Shown here: piece after piece, positions 23,454 to 31,718 of the stretch | Numbering within the stretch: the first letter of the stretch is position 1 | Layout: each line of letters starts with the position of its first letter | DNA from: Gemmataceae bacterium | Lineage (GTDB): Bacteria; Planctomycetota; Planctomycetia; Gemmatales; Gemmataceae | Reading direction: 5' to 3' | DNA: 32,000 bases | Assembly (NCBI GenBank): GCA_036557825.1 | Contig: DATBGU010000075.1 | Coordinates: forward strand, 34,867-66,866 | Position numbers and translations under genes: made by a program | The notes under the pieces: model-generated | What the model saw: the letters and a program-made list of their open reading frames with translations, nothing else | Told to the model about the DNA's origin: nothing | Databases searched by the model: none

Positions 23454-24953
23454 CTATATTTCGCGGTTGACAACATCCGCGACGCGCAGTGCGTTCGCGA
23501 TAATGGTCAGCGCGGGACCAACCCCCAGCGAGGTCGGGAAGAAACTGCCATCCACGACGAACACGTTCGGGTGACCGAACAACCGGCACTCCGGGTCGGC
23601 CGCGGCGTGAAGCGGGTCTATGCCGAAGCGCACGGTGCCACACTGATGGGCGACGTGCTCGCTGGAAGGAAACGATTTGGCCAAGCAGACCAAAGCCCCC
23701 GCGTTTCGCAGGATGCGCCTCATGTAACGACTTAATCTCCTGCCGCGCTCCAGATCATAGCGGGAGAATTTGTGAGTTAGTTCGGGCAGTCTGTCCGCAC
23801 CGAGGCACACTCGGTTCGCCGGGTTCGGCAGATCCTCGACGATCCCCGTCAACGGCAACATGCGATGCCGCAGAAACTGGATCGCGCTCCGCGGCAGGCG
23901 TCCGGCGGTCATTTTGCGCATCAGCAGTGGTCCGGGGACCGGAAGGGACTGCACGATCCCCATTTTGTGCGGATAGCGCGGCGTGCCGAAGTAGTAATCC
24001 GCGAAGCAGACCTCTTTGATATACGTCTCGTCCCCTCCCGTCCGTTTGTAAAACAAGCCAATAACGATCGGCGAGAGATGCATCATATAGTTTCGGCCGA
24101 TCCAACGTCCCTCCACCCCCGATCGCAATAGAAGCGCCGGTGAAGCCAAGGCCCCCGCCGCAAGCGCATATCGCTTCGCTCGGAACTCCGAGCGCTGTCC
24201 CGTGGAACGATCCAGAACGCGAACGCCAGCGATATGGCCTATCGCGTCGAGGGAAAAGCGTTCAACCTCAACGCCAGTGAACACATCCAGAGGAAGTCTC
24301 TCCTCCATGCCTCGCTCGACGAGTTGGGCGGAGGAGCGGCGAGCCCCGTTGATGCACACATATCCGGGGCAGGACGAGCACTGTAAACAGCGGCCGAAAT
24401 CAATCGCCAGCGGCAGGCGGAACGGCCGTAGTCCCCGCGCCCGGTTGGCGGCAATCAGCTGCTGATTGATCGTTTTGGGTGGGAGGAGCCTGGAGGGAAA
24501 CCCGCGTTGAGGCCGCTGGAGAGGCCCGAAGTCGTCGTCGGCGCAGCCGGAGACGCCATAGAGTGCTTCCGCCTCTGTGTAATATGGCTCCAGTGTTTTG
24601 TAGTCGATCGGCCAGTCCCAGATCGCCTTTGGGATGCGCACGCCGTAGGACGCGCCGGGATGAAAGTCCTCTTCGCTTGGCCGCATCAGTGCCGCCCCAT
24701 ACAGCGATGTTCCTCCGCCGAAAATGCCTCCCATATACAGCTGACGCTTTGAGCCGTTTACACGAACCGGCCGGTCATCGTACGGTTTCTTGTCCATCAA
24801 CATGGCTTGCTCGTCGTGAACCGGCTTCTCCAAGGTCGATTTGCGCCCCTTCTCCAGCAGGAGCACTTGTTTCCCGGCTCGCGCGCAAGCGTAAGCGAAA
24901 GTTCCACCTCCCGCTCCACTGCCGATCACGATAACATCATAATCGCAGAGCAT
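23454..24953 (-). CDS. GMC-family FAD-dependent oxidoreductase (first gene of the operon)
   Basis: N-terminal dinucleotide fold YDVIVIGSGAGGGTFAYACARAGKQVLLLEKG. Cys-rich CLQCSSCPGYVCINGARRSS segment. C-terminal GMC motifs HQCGTVRFG and NVFVVDGSFFPTSLGVGPALTIIANALRVAD. I preferred the ATG at 24953 (MLCDYDVIVIG) over the start at 24995. Confidence 0.85.
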   Translation of the reverse strand: MLCDYDVIVIGSGAGGGTFAYACARAGKQVLLLEKGRKSTLEKPVHDEQAMLMDKKPYDDRPVRVNGSKRQLYMGGIFGGGTSLYGAALMRPSEEDFHPGASYGVRIPKAIWDWPIDYKTLEPYYTEAEALYGVSGCADDDFGPLQRPQRGFPSRLLPPKTINQQLIAANRARGLRPFRLPLAIDFGRCLQCSSCPGYVCINGARRSSAQLVERGMEERLPLDVFTGVEVERFSLDAIGHIAGVRVLDRSTGQRSEFRAKRYALAAGALASPALLLRSGVEGRWIGRNYMMHLSPIVIGLFYKRTGGDETYIKEVCFADYYFGTPRYPHKMGIVQSLPVPGPLLMRKMTAGRLPRSAIQFLRHRMLPLTGIVEDLPNPANRVCLGADRLPELTHKFSRYDLERGRRLSRYMRRILRNAGALVCLAKSFPSSEHVAHQCGTVRFGIDPLHAAADPECRLFGHPNVFVVDGSFFPTSLGVGPALTIIANALRVADVVNREI

Positions 24954-25440
24954 TGGACCTCTGGAACGTGAATGCGATGCGCCTGGAACACGCACGTCAT
25001 CTTTGCCTTAACATGACGAGCAATTGGTTGTTATCAACTCGATACCATCATCGTTCCATCATCAAATCTTTTCCTACGCGCTCCCCGCGCGTTGACGTGC
25101 TCAAGATCTTCTCAAGAGCACGGTACATCTCTTCCTGAAATGTCACTCGGTTTTTTGAAAAACCATGATCAAGGGTGGCTGTGACATTTGCCACGCTTCA
25201 CGCCTCGTTCAACCTAAATCCAGTGCAACACCACGTCAAGACAAGTGCGATAAAACTCATCGAGGTTTCACCGCTTCTCAACGCATTTTATATCCCTTAC
25301 TCCAGGAGCGGAGGCGGACAATTGAAGCCGTGTATACAGTCCTTGTGAAACCTTCACTTGACCTTGTGAGAACCTACACAAGTATTTGATAGGGTTTTCG
25401 AGGCGGAAACTCCCAGACATCCTGTAAGGGAGCGAAAGCG
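24954..25440. promoter_or_regulatory. AT-rich divergent intergenic control region between the seven-gene operon (-) and the LpxH-like gene (+)
   Basis: It is 487 nt without a credible ORF and the most AT-rich stretch of the window. Repeats seen: 7-2-7 inverted repeat GGTTTTT-TG-AAAAACC (25149-25164), nested inside the 9-bp inverted repeat AAATGTCAC (25138-25146) / GTGACATTT (25181-25189). GTGCTC..GAGCAC (25097-25121) contains a direct CTCAAGA duplication. CCTTGTGA is repeated directly at 25341 and 25362. TTGACC at 25358-25363. I could not call an exact -35/-10 pair with confidence. Confidence 0.5.
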
Positions 25441-26187
25441 ATGGAGTTGTTTGACGCAATCATCCTCTCGGACATCCATCTGGGCAGCAACAACTGTCAG
25501 GCGAAGAACCTGTGTCGCTTCCTGGAGATGATCCACGACGAAGAAATCGCCACAAACCGCCTCATTTTGAACGGCGACGTCTTCGATTCGATCGACTTCC
25601 GACGCCTGAGCAAGTCCCATTGGAAAGTTCTCTCCCTGATCCGCAAACTGTCGGATCGTCTCGATATTATCTGGATATCCGGCAACCACGACGGTTCCTC
25701 CGATATCATCTCACATCTTCTCGGCGTCACGGTGAAAGATGAGTACGTCCTGCGGAGTGGTGAGCGGGATGTTTTGTTTCTTCACGGCCATGTTTTCGAC
25801 TATTTCCTCGACGCCCATCCGATCCTGACCTGGATTGGAGATTGTGTTTACTTGCTCCTCCAATGGATCGACCAAACGCATTACTTTGCCAAGCTGGCGA
25901 AGAGAGGCAGCAAGACTTTTCTGCGCTGCGCCCAGAAGATCGAGGAGGGGGCGATCGATCGTGCGCGCAAGAAGGGCTGTCAGATCGTTTGCTGCGGCCA
26001 CACGCATCACTCGATCGCGAAGCGACAATCGCCGATCGCCTACTACAATAGTGGCTGCTGGACGGAACTTCCCTGCACCTATTTGACCTTGCGAGATGGA
26101 CGTGTCGAACTGCACACGTTCAAAACGCACAAAGTCGAGGAGCAACCTGTCGAGCCGTTGCCGTCCCTCGCGGTCCAACCGGGGTGA
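25441..26187 (+). CDS. Calcineurin-like metallophosphoesterase, LpxH-like (UDP-2,3-diacylglucosamine pyrophosphatase family)
   Basis: Ordered metallophosphoesterase motifs: LSDIHLG, LNGDVFD, SGNHDG, LHGHVFD, CCGHTHH. The size (248 aa) and motif spacing resemble LpxH/COG2908. GGGAG lies ~9 nt upstream of the ATG. Confidence 0.7.
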   Translation: MELFDAIILSDIHLGSNNCQAKNLCRFLEMIHDEEIATNRLILNGDVFDSIDFRRLSKSHWKVLSLIRKLSDRLDIIWISGNHDGSSDIISHLLGVTVKDEYVLRSGERDVLFLHGHVFDYFLDAHPILTWIGDCVYLLLQWIDQTHYFAKLAKRGSKTFLRCAQKIEEGAIDRARKKGCQIVCCGHTHHSIAKRQSPIAYYNSGCWTELPCTYLTLRDGRVELHTFKTHKVEEQPVEPLPSLAVQPG

Positions 26188-26234
26188 GCGAGAAAGGTTC
26201 GTCGCTCACCGCAGCTGATCTGTGGATTCAGCTG
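26183..26234 (+). terminator. Two tandem stem-loops at the 3' end of the LpxH-like gene (candidate terminator, non-canonical)
   Basis: GGTGAGCGA (26183-26191) pairs with TCGCTCACC (26202-26210); this stem overlaps the TGA stop. CAGCTGA (26212-26218) pairs with TCAGCTG (26228-26234). No T-tract follows. Confidence 0.3.
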
Positions 26235-26360
26235 TCAACTCCGCATCAACGCCCACCAATCCGTCTGGCGATCGTCGCGCGGGATTGGCGGATATCGCTC
26301 CATTTCGTACCTTACCGATGGATTCGACATCCTCCCACCTACCGCAACAGGAGCGAACTC

Positions 26361-27074
26361 ATGTCCTGCCGACCCCTCGTCGTCTTGCTCGCCTCCGCCC
26401 TGGCCGCCGTCTTCGTTATCCTGCCCGCCGCGACGGGCGCGGAGGCCGAACCCGTCGCCCTGAAAAAAGGCGACCGCATCGTCTTTCTGGGCGACTCCAT
26501 CACCGAGGCCGGCGTCCGAGCTAAAGGGTACATCACCCTGGTCAAAAAGGCTCTGGGGGAGAAGAGAAAGGATCTCGGCGTCGAGATCCTCGGCGCCGGC
26601 GTCAGCGGCAACAAGGTGCCCGATTTACAGCGTCGGCTCGATCGGGACGTGCTGGCCAAGAAGCCTACTCTTGTGGTGATCTACATCGGTATCAACGATG
26701 TCTGGCACGGCGAGAAGGATCCGGCCCGCGGCACTCCCAAGGACAAGTTCGAGGCGTGCCTCAAGGACATCATCGGCAAGATCAAGGGCACGGGGGCGCG
26801 CGTCCTCCTCTGCACGCCCAGCGTCATCGGCGAGAAACCGGATGGCTCCAACAAGCTCGACTCCCGCCTCGACGAATACGCCGCCGTCAGCCGCGAGGTG
26901 GCGCGCGAGGAGAAGGTGCCGCTGTGCGACCTGCGGAAAGAGTTCGTGGACTATCTCAAGAAGCACAATACCGAGAAGAAAGAGCGTGGAGTTCTGACCA
27001 CGGACGGCGTCCACCTCAACGAAGCAGGCGATCGCTTCGTGGCCGGCCTTATGCTCAAGGCTCTCGGCGAGTAG
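26361..27074 (+). CDS. Secreted SGNH/GDSL-family hydrolase (lipase/esterase)
   Basis: ATG at 26361 with AGGAG ~8 nt upstream. Signal peptide MSCRPLVVLLASALAAVFVILPAATGAEA. SGNH blocks: FLGDSITEAG (I), GVSGN (II), IYIGINDV (III), DGVHLN (V). The ORF-track start at 26184 adds a non-protein-like leader. Confidence 0.85.
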   Translation: MSCRPLVVLLASALAAVFVILPAATGAEAEPVALKKGDRIVFLGDSITEAGVRAKGYITLVKKALGEKRKDLGVEILGAGVSGNKVPDLQRRLDRDVLAKKPTLVVIYIGINDVWHGEKDPARGTPKDKFEACLKDIIGKIKGTGARVLLCTPSVIGEKPDGSNKLDSRLDEYAAVSREVAREEKVPLCDLRKEFVDYLKKHNTEKKERGVLTTDGVHLNEAGDRFVAGLMLKALGE

Positions 27075-27176
27075 TCGGCCGGCCTTTCTTGTGTTCCGCC
27101 CGTCCTCCCAGGCGCGACACCAGGGAATCGGTAAACGTGTGGCTTGCCAGGGGCTTCGACCGAGTTTCGAGCGGCG

Positions 27177-28454
27177 CTACTTCGGCGAGGGAACCGGCTC
27201 GACTGTCGAATCTTCCGGCAAGTCGTCGCCCGGACGAACGACAACGGTCTCGCCATACTTCAGTCCGGCGACAACCTCAACCTCGGCGCCGTAGTCGCGA
27301 CCCAGTTGCACGGGGCGATAGTGTATCTTCCGCCGATCATCCAGCACGCCCACCTTCGGCCCCTTGGTGCGCGTCACAACCGCGGCGGAGGGGACCAGGA
27401 TCGGCGCCGTCTTCTGATTGAACGTGAACTTCACTTGCAGATACATACCGGGCCGCAGAGCGTTGTCCGGATTTTCCACCTGCACCTCGGTCCGCAGTGT
27501 GCGCGTGGCGGAGTCCAGAGCATCGGCCGTGCGCGTCACCGTGCCGGTGAAGGGACGGTCCGGTTCCTCCCGTCGATAAACGACCGCGTACTGGCTGCGG
27601 TGGATCGTCGTGGCGAAGACCTGCGGCACGTCCACGAACACGCGCAGGATGTCGGTCCTCATCAGGCGGAACATCTGCCGCCCCGTGCTGGGACTGTCGG
27701 CGGTAATCAGGTCGCCCGGATCGATGTTTCGGGCGGTGATGACCCCGGCAAACGGGGCGATCACCTTCTCGAACGACTGCAAGGTGGACAGCCGCAGAAT
27801 GTCGGCCTCATTGACCTTGATGGTTGCCGCGGTGGCTTGGACTGTCGCTGTGGCCACACGAGAGCTGGCCAGTTTGCTCTCGTACTCCTCCTGGGACGCG
27901 GCGCCGGTGCGCACCATCTGACGATAGCGGTTCTCCTCAGAGCGGGCGAAGACCTCGTCCGCCTTGTTGCGCACGAGGTTGGCCTTGGTTTGAAGCAGGG
28001 TGGCACGGGCCTGCTCCAGCTGAGCGTCCACCTCCGGGGTGGCGATCTCGGCCAGCAGTTCGCCCTCCTGCACGCGATCACCGATATCGACGAGTCGGCG
28101 TTTCACGTAGCCGGTGGTGCGTGCGTAGATCGCCGCTTCGAGCAGAGGCAGGGTGTTGCCGGGCAGGACGCGCGCGGCGTCGGCCGAGGCCCGTCGCGCC
28201 GTGGCGACGGTGACGCGCGCCGGGCGAGCCACTATCTCCGCAGTCGCTGTATCCAGTTCCCGCATTTGCCGCAGGCGCGGCAACGTGCCGGCGACCAGCG
28301 CTCCCGCCAGGCCAACGACGGTCAGGGCGGCGAGTGCCAGGACGCGCATTCCGGTCCCCGTTCGCCTGGGGATGGCGGCCTCCGTGTGGGGCGGGGTCGG
28401 GCAGCATCCGTTTCGCTCCGCCATGATTCGTTCGGTTGATGTCCGGTTATTCAC
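27177..28454 (-). CDS. RND efflux periplasmic adaptor (membrane fusion protein, HlyD family)
   Basis: N-terminal TM anchor VLALAALTVVGLAGALVAG. Lipoyl/coiled-coil/beta-barrel pattern: YVKRRLVDIGDRVQEGELLAEI..PEVDAQLEQARATLLQTKANL...IAPFAGVITARNIDPGDLI...LRPGMYLQVKF. GTG start at 28454 with GGGAGG 7-8 nt upstream; an alternative ATG lies 10 codons downstream. Confidence 0.85.
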   Translation of the reverse strand: MNNRTSTERIMAERNGCCPTPPHTEAAIPRRTGTGMRVLALAALTVVGLAGALVAGTLPRLRQMRELDTATAEIVARPARVTVATARRASADAARVLPGNTLPLLEAAIYARTTGYVKRRLVDIGDRVQEGELLAEIATPEVDAQLEQARATLLQTKANLVRNKADEVFARSEENRYRQMVRTGAASQEEYESKLASSRVATATVQATAATIKVNEADILRLSTLQSFEKVIAPFAGVITARNIDPGDLITADSPSTGRQMFRLMRTDILRVFVDVPQVFATTIHRSQYAVVYRREEPDRPFTGTVTRTADALDSATRTLRTEVQVENPDNALRPGMYLQVKFTFNQKTAPILVPSAAVVTRTKGPKVGVLDDRRKIHYRPVQLGRDYGAEVEVVAGLKYGETVVVRPGDDLPEDSTVEPVPSPK

Positions 28455-28467
28455 GATCGTTCCTCCC

Positions 28468-28516
28468 GTAGGTCAGGCTTTCCAGCCTGACAGTCAGGCT
28501 GGAAAGCCTGACCTAC
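28468..28516. repeat. Perfect palindrome (family 2) between the RND permease stop and the adaptor RBS
   Basis: Arms GTAGGTCAGGCTTTCCAGCCTGA (28468-28490) and TCAGGCTGGAAAGCCTGACCTAC (28494-28516) are exact reverse complements with a 3-nt loop. It starts 1 nt after the permease stop (28518-28520) and abuts the GGGAGG Shine-Dalgarno of the adaptor gene. Confidence 0.9.
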
Positions 28517-28517
28517 A

Positions 28518-31500
28518 TCAAAGAGATTCCCTCGCCGGCTCAGCGTCGTCGGAAGGCTCCGGCGGCAGGTTCTTTCGGCGGAGCAGACTATACATCACGG
28601 GCACGAAGAACAGGGTGAAGAAGGTGGCTAGCAGCAGGCCGCCGATGACGGCCCGACCCAGCGGGGCATTCTGCTCGCCGCCCTCACCCAGTCCCAGCGA
28701 CATCGGCAACATGCCGATAATCATCGCCAGCGCCGTCATCAGCACCGGCCGCAGACGGGTCGCCCCGGCGGACAGCGCGGCGCTGCGGACGTCGTGACCG
28801 TCGCGGCGCTGGTCGTTGGCGAAGGTAATCATCAAAACGCTGTTGGACGTGGCCACGCCGATGCACATGATCGCTCCCATGAGGGCCGGCACGCTGATCG
28901 TCGTCTGGGTCACGTACAGCATCCACAGGATGCCGGCCAGCGCACCGGGCAGCGCGGTGAGAATGATGAACGGGTCGAGCCACGACTGGAAGTTGACCAC
29001 CATCAGGAAGTAAACCAATAGCACCGCGAACACCAGGCCCGCTCCCAGTCCGGTGAACGAGCTGTTCATGCTTTCCACCTGACCGCGCATGGCGATGGTG
29101 CTGCCGCGCGGCAGGTCCGGCCGCAGGGAGTCCACGACGCGCTGCACGTCGGCCGACACGCCGCCCAGATCGCGGCCCTGCACGTCGGCGTAGACCTCGA
29201 AGACCGGCTGGACGTTGTAATGGCTCACGACCGATTCCGAGACGGTGCGTTGCAGTTTCGTCAAGTTGCTCAAGAGTTGCGGCGGTTGGGTCTGGCTCGT
29301 GCCGTTGATGATCGGCGTGTTCATCAGGCTCTCCACGGAGTCGATGCGTTCGGGCGGGGTCTGCACGGCCAGCACGTAATTGACGCGGTTGTCGGGGTTG
29401 ACCCAGTAGTTCGGCGTTACCTGGCTGGTCGAGCTGAGCGACACCAGTACGCTGCCGGTCACGTTCTGCTGGGTCAGCCCTAGCTGCGAGGCCATGATGC
29501 GGTCCACGTCCAGGCGCAGCGTGGGCTGATCGGCGATCTGGTGAATGTGGACGTCGGCGATCCCGGGTATTTTCTTCATCTCCCGTCGCAGTTTTTGGGC
29601 CACGGCGAGGTTGCCTTCGCGGTTGACGCCGACCACCTGGACGTTGATCGGGGCCGGCAGACCGAAGTCGAGAATCTGGCTGGTGATGTCGGCCGGCTGG
29701 AAGAAGAACGCGCAGTTGGGGAAGCGCCGCGGCAACTCCTGACGCAGCAGGGCCACGTAATCCGCCGTGGGACGGTGCTTCTCCTTCAGCGAAACCAGGA
29801 TTTCGCCGTCGCCGTTGGTAACGGTGCCGTTGTCGATGTAGGCCCGCACAGTGAACGACGGCGACATGCCCATGTTGTCGAGGATCATGTCTCGCTCACT
29901 GTCCGGCACGATTTCACGGATCGCGTCCTCGACCTCACCCAAGATCCGTTCAGTTTCCTCGATGCGTGTGCCGGACGGCGCCCGTACGTGCAGACGGAAC
30001 TGGCCGGCATCGACGCTGGGGAAGAAGTCGCGGCCGACGCGCGGCGCCAGCGCCAGCGAACCGAAGGCGAAACCCAGCAAGACAGCCACCGTCACGAAAC
30101 GATGATCGAGTGCCCAGCCGAGCAACCCCTGATAGACCGAACGCAGGCGCTCGAACAGGCGGTTGAACGCCTGATGAAATCGCCAGATCGGCCCGCCGCC
30201 GGACGCCGCGCCGTGTTCGCCCTCGGCGTACAGATGCACTTCCTTCGGCAGTAGATAGAGCACCATCGTGGGCACCAGGGTGCGGGAGAGTAGATACGAG
30301 GCAAGCATGGCGAAGACCACCGCCAGGGCCAGGGGTAGAAACAGAGACGCGGCCGGCCCGGTCAGGAACATCACGGGCACGAACACGATGCAGATGGCGA
30401 GCGTCGAGACGAACGCCGGCACCGCGATCTGGGCGGCGCCGTCGAGGATCGCCCGCCGGATCGGCTTCTTCATGCTCAGATTGCGGTGGATGTTTTCAAT
30501 TTCCACGGTCGCGTCATCGACGAGGATGCCGACCGCCAGCGCCATGCCGCCGAGCGTCATGCTGTTGAGAGACTGGCCCATCGCCCACAGGACAATCACC
30601 GAAGTGAGGATCGACAGTGGGATCGAAATGGCGACGATCAACGTGCTGCGCCACGAGCCGAGGAACAGGAGGATCATCAACGCCGTCAGCCCGGCGGCGA
30701 TCGCTCCTTCTTTCAGAACGCCCTCGACGGCGGCGCGGACGAACACGGACTGATCGAAGAGAAACTCCATCTTCAATTCTGGCGGCAGCTGGGCCTGGAT
30801 GCCGGGCAGGGCTTCGCGGACGCGCTTGACCACGCTCAGCGTCGAAGCGCCCTCGCCCTTGAGGATGGTCATGAGGATGGCTCGCCGGCCGTCGCGGCGG
30901 ACGACGTTGGTTTGCACCATGTAGCCCATTCGGACGTGGGCCACGTCCTTGACGTAGACCGGCACGCCGTTGACCGTCTTGACGGGAATGTCGTTGAAGG
31001 CGGCGATGACATCGGGACTACTGTTGAGTTTCACATAATACTCGGTGTCGCCGATCTTGGCGGTCCCGGCTGGGATGATGAGGTTCTGACTGTTGATGGC
31101 CGTCTGAACGTCCTGTGGCGACAGGCCGCGCGCGTACAGTTCACCGAGGTCGAGATCGACCATGACCTGCGGCCATTTGCCGCCCCACGGCTGCGGCACA
31201 CGGGCGCCCTGGACTGTGCCGAGGCGCTGGATGATGAAGTTGGAGGCGTAGTCGTAGATCTGCTGCTCGGTAAGGGTGTCGCTGCTGACGGCGATTTGCA
31301 CAATGGGCACACTGGTGGCGCTGTACTGGACGATGTAAGGAGGATTAATGCCCGGCGGCATGATCTTCAGGATCGCCTGACTGGTCGCCGTCACCTGCGC
31401 GACGGCCGCCTCGATCTTGGCCCCTGGGTAGAAGTAGATGCGAATGATACCGACGCCGAACAGCGACTGGCTCTCGATGTGTTCGATGTCGTTGACGGAG

Positions 31501-31718
31501 GTCGTCAGCACGCGCTCGTTGGGCAGGATGATGCGCTGCTCGATCTCGTCGCCGGGCATCCCGGTGTATTGCCAGACGACGCTGACGACGGGAATGTTGA
31601 TCTCGGGGAAAATGTCGGTGGACATGCGATAGATGCTGACCGCGCCGAACACGCCGATCAGCAGTGCCATCACCACGAACGTATAGGTGCGGCGCAGGGC
31701 CAATCTAACGATCCACAT
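28518..31718 (-). CDS. RND efflux transporter permease subunit (AcrB/HAE-type, 12-TM)
   Basis: 1066 aa. The N-terminus MWIVRLALRRTYTFVVMALLIGVFGAVSIYRMSTDIFPEINIPVV and the overall pattern of two large periplasmic loops and 12 TM helices are typical of AcrB-family permeases. ATG at 31718 with GGAGG 8 nt upstream. Confidence 0.9.
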   Translation of the reverse strand: MWIVRLALRRTYTFVVMALLIGVFGAVSIYRMSTDIFPEINIPVVSVVWQYTGMPGDEIEQRIILPNERVLTTSVNDIEHIESQSLFGVGIIRIYFYPGAKIEAAVAQVTATSQAILKIMPPGINPPYIVQYSATSVPIVQIAVSSDTLTEQQIYDYASNFIIQRLGTVQGARVPQPWGGKWPQVMVDLDLGELYARGLSPQDVQTAINSQNLIIPAGTAKIGDTEYYVKLNSSPDVIAAFNDIPVKTVNGVPVYVKDVAHVRMGYMVQTNVVRRDGRRAILMTILKGEGASTLSVVKRVREALPGIQAQLPPELKMEFLFDQSVFVRAAVEGVLKEGAIAAGLTALMILLFLGSWRSTLIVAISIPLSILTSVIVLWAMGQSLNSMTLGGMALAVGILVDDATVEIENIHRNLSMKKPIRRAILDGAAQIAVPAFVSTLAICIVFVPVMFLTGPAASLFLPLALAVVFAMLASYLLSRTLVPTMVLYLLPKEVHLYAEGEHGAASGGGPIWRFHQAFNRLFERLRSVYQGLLGWALDHRFVTVAVLLGFAFGSLALAPRVGRDFFPSVDAGQFRLHVRAPSGTRIEETERILGEVEDAIREIVPDSERDMILDNMGMSPSFTVRAYIDNGTVTNGDGEILVSLKEKHRPTADYVALLRQELPRRFPNCAFFFQPADITSQILDFGLPAPINVQVVGVNREGNLAVAQKLRREMKKIPGIADVHIHQIADQPTLRLDVDRIMASQLGLTQQNVTGSVLVSLSSTSQVTPNYWVNPDNRVNYVLAVQTPPERIDSVESLMNTPIINGTSQTQPPQLLSNLTKLQRTVSESVVSHYNVQPVFEVYADVQGRDLGGVSADVQRVVDSLRPDLPRGSTIAMRGQVESMNSSFTGLGAGLVFAVLLVYFLMVVNFQSWLDPFIILTALPGALAGILWMLYVTQTTISVPALMGAIMCIGVATSNSVLMITFANDQRRDGHDVRSAALSAGATRLRPVLMTALAMIIGMLPMSLGLGEGGEQNAPLGRAVIGGLLLATFFTLFFVPVMYSLLRRKNLPPEPSDDAEPARESL

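Noticed and set aside
23440-23643. A 68-codon N-terminal extension of the PSD-like ORF
   Set aside because: It would overlap the GMC gene by 190 nt and is Arg-rich. The ATG at 23439 has AGGAGGGG upstream and lies 14 nt after the GMC stop.
16500-26340. Classifying the lower-GC island as a mobile element, prophage or defence island
   Set aside because: I recognised no integrase, transposase, tRNA attachment site, flanking direct repeats, nuclease, ATPase or toxin-type domains. All genes look like metabolic enzymes, so I report it only as a compositional island.
26184-26360. A 59-codon extension of the SGNH hydrolase ORF
   Set aside because: It begins inside the stop codon and terminator hairpins of the upstream gene. 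The ATG at 26361 has an AGGAG SD and starts a textbook signal peptide.
3145-28516. A possible CRISPR array suggested by the recurring palindromic sequences
   Set aside because: The copies are kilobases apart and separated by genes, with no regular repeat-spacer periodicity and no cas genes.
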